Below the pieces are notes generated by a model, which worked only from the letters and a program-made list of their open reading frames with translations, was not told the DNA's origin and did no database searches. From Octopus sinensis (lineage: Eukaryota), in contig NC_043000.1 in the NCBI RefSeq assembly GCF_006345805.1, positions 103,478,001 to 103,542,000 of the forward strand: a stretch of DNA of 64,000 bases, given 5' to 3'. The position numbers were made by a program, and so were the translations under genes. How positions within the stretch are numbered: position 1 is the stretch's first letter; every line of letters starts with the position of its first letter. Below are positions 61,454-64,000 of the stretch, piece by piece.

Positions 61454-64000
61454 ATGAGCAAATCAAAAAAAGCAGTAGTCCCTGATCAAAAATGGTTCCT
61501 AAACCTCTGCAGCACATCTCATCATAAGAGCAGTCTTTCTCTACTCAATGAGAATTTTTTTTATTTTGTTTTTTGAGTTTTTGTCTTTTTTTTTGTCAGA
61601 AAGTGTATGTTTAAAACTAAAAAAAAATTTTAAAAAGCAAACCCATAAAAACAACAACGATGAAAATATTTAAATACTCCTTCCACAAATCCCTTTTTTC
61701 TTCTTCTTTTATTTATCTATTTATTCTTTAAATGGACTGGCAGTAATTTAAATGAGATTTGCTTTTGGCAAAGCTGTGAAACCTGAAGTTTTGCAGTTTC
61801 CTTAAGTTTTTTTTGTTTTTATACTTATTATTTAATGATGATTATTTAATCTACTATATTTACATTTATTGAGGATTAATCTATAATTGGACAAAGTCAG
61901 AAAATATAAACATATATTTATTAGTTGGCTTAAGCAGTTTGTATGTGAGCCTTTGCCTTGCTCTACTGTTGCCTTACATTCCAATGATTTTCGGTAAAAC
62001 TCTACTTTCTGCTTGCTTTCTTTTTTTTTCTTTTTTCCATCCTCTAGTAACAATACATTCCGTTAAAGTGTAATTATACATTAGCTTCATATATTTTCCA
62101 ATATATATAAATGGATGAATGAATTATCCTTTGTTTACCGTTAACATGGAAAATTCAATAAACAGTTACCAGGGTAGCAAAATTCACACAAGTAACACTA
62201 TATATATATAGTTCATGTCTCACTAAGAAGCAGTGCACAGTATAGGAATTAGTGTCTGCATAAGTGGAATGTAAACCAGACAATTTGTATTGGCATCAAG
62301 TCATATAAGTTGTAATAATGAAATCAAATCCAATTTTGAAATGTTTTAAGTGAAGAAGGTTTACCTAATGGATGCATTTCCTATTATGTATTAAGCAAAC
62401 CTGAAATGTATTAAATGATTTCAAAATGTCACTATTACATTTGACTTCATTGTCATAACACACACATATAATGCTAAAGTGTTAAAGTGTAACTACACTC
62501 ATATGTATACATATATATATGTTTGTATGTATATATGAAACTAGAGTGTAAGTATGCTTATATATATTGCTTGGTTTATAGCAGTTTGTGGAAATATGAT
62601 TATTGCTTCAGTGAGTAAATTTCCCTACAAATATTTAATATTGCTATTTGATTGGGCTGGGTCTTTTTATATAGATATTATTTACCCATTCTGATCATGT
62701 ATACAATAATTAAAAGTGGCATGGCAATGTTACTAAACCATCTTGGTTTATTAGCATACAAACATATCCATGATACTTTGAACCATTATAACAGCAATCT
62801 GAATTTATCTTGGTATACAACCCAGCTTTATCTTGCTTATATAGTTTCCATGTGGCGCTTAACTGGAATTAGCGAAAGTAGCCGGCCATAAAATTCTTGC
62901 TTCAACGTTAATCATGCAAAATCTGAATTTTTCTGAAGCAACCAACAATCCTTTGCTCATAGAGATGGAAAATATTCAATTCTGATTTCATGTACAATTT
63001 CTGCTAACAGAAAATTTAATATTTCAATGTCTATATTTATTGAGTCAACCAACTGTTTAGGTCTTGAAAATAATGCCATGAAGGCTGTCATACTTTAACT
63101 AAATTTGGTTATTGTGGTATTACGGTTATGTTTTCTTTTTTCTTTTTTTCTTATGTTACCCCAGTGTTATAAAAATCTTAATTCTCTGTTTGCAATTTTC
63201 CCACTTATATCAAAATTTGCTGATCACTATCCCTGCTTTTGTTTTAGATTATTTGTTCTTACAGCTACTTCAAGTGCTCTTCAAAAAATAGTTCTTGTCA
63301 TATTTTTAGAGATAATTATTCAACTAAAAATCAAGGAGAAACCACATAATTTACTATAAATTGCAAGTTTTGTTTATTCTTTTCTAAAATATTTAAATAT
63401 TAAAGAAATAACAAAAAAACTTTCCATTTCAAAACTATTTTTTAATTAAAATTTCATGAAGCTTTGAAATTTGCATGTATTAATTTTTTTTTTCCCTCTT
63501 TTCTTACTCCTCCTTTCTATCTTTTCCTTATATGCCATGGTTGATTTTGGGAGCAGTGTTTCAGCTGTAAGAAATCTTCAAGGTTTTACTGTTACTATGG
63601 TGTAGGTTGTACACATGAAGGTCCACTTAATTCAAGCAAACATTAAAATACCAGTGATGAGATAAAATGATTATATGCTTTGTGTATTTAGAAGTAATTG
63701 GAAGTTGAAATGCTGGAAGAATTAGCCCAGAAGATTTTATCTTCTCGGAGATAAAAGGAATAAATCAATTCAAGTTTCAGCCAAATTTCACTGACATAAA
63801 TATTTCTTGCTCAACAGTTTACATCATTTGTTCACATTGGTTTACTGCAAAATGACAGATTTTGAATTAGGTAAAGTACTTGTGTTCTGATGGATTATGT
63901 CAGTCATTTCAACAATTATGCGTGAGGTTGTATTTTAAAGTGGAATTAATGGATCTGCATATTTTCCATGCTTAATGGAAAATATTAAGCCATCAGCTAT
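61454..64000 (+). other. Probable SNX4 3' UTR and downstream flank (end not determined)
   Basis: U-rich and free of recognisable repeats after the stop. AATAAA at 62157-62162 and ~63758-63763 are candidate poly(A) signals. Confidence 0.45.

Overview
AT-rich, microsatellite- and repeat-dense animal genomic DNA. The SINE families point to an octopus (coleoid cephalopod); this is inferred from repeat sequence, not from a search. The right half holds one complete 14-exon sorting nexin 4 gene (SNX4, PX-BAR) on the + strand: ATG at 29552, stop at 61453, about 437 aa once repaired. As given, exon 9 is one base short (frameshift), and a degenerate duplicate of its 5' half with an in-frame stop lies 192 bp upstream. 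The ~16 kb first intron carries two mariner elements, an internally deleted Ty3/Gypsy LTR element, and RTE, Penelope and SINE fragments. The left half has no recognisable gene. It contains a Penelope GIY-YIG fragment with an inverted, structurally intact type I hammerhead ribozyme, a near-identical 1654-bp tandem duplication bounded by (TA)n, a Tx1/L1-like 3' end, and two head-to-tail R4/Dong-like LINE relics. The best novelty candidate is a pair of diverged ORF1-only (RRM-like + CCHC + unknown C-terminal domain) retroelements that both end at the same nucleotide of a headless tRNA-derived SINE, with a 3' tail resembling that of a second SINE family. Repeat boundaries are approximate, read by eye; exon boundaries were counted base by base.
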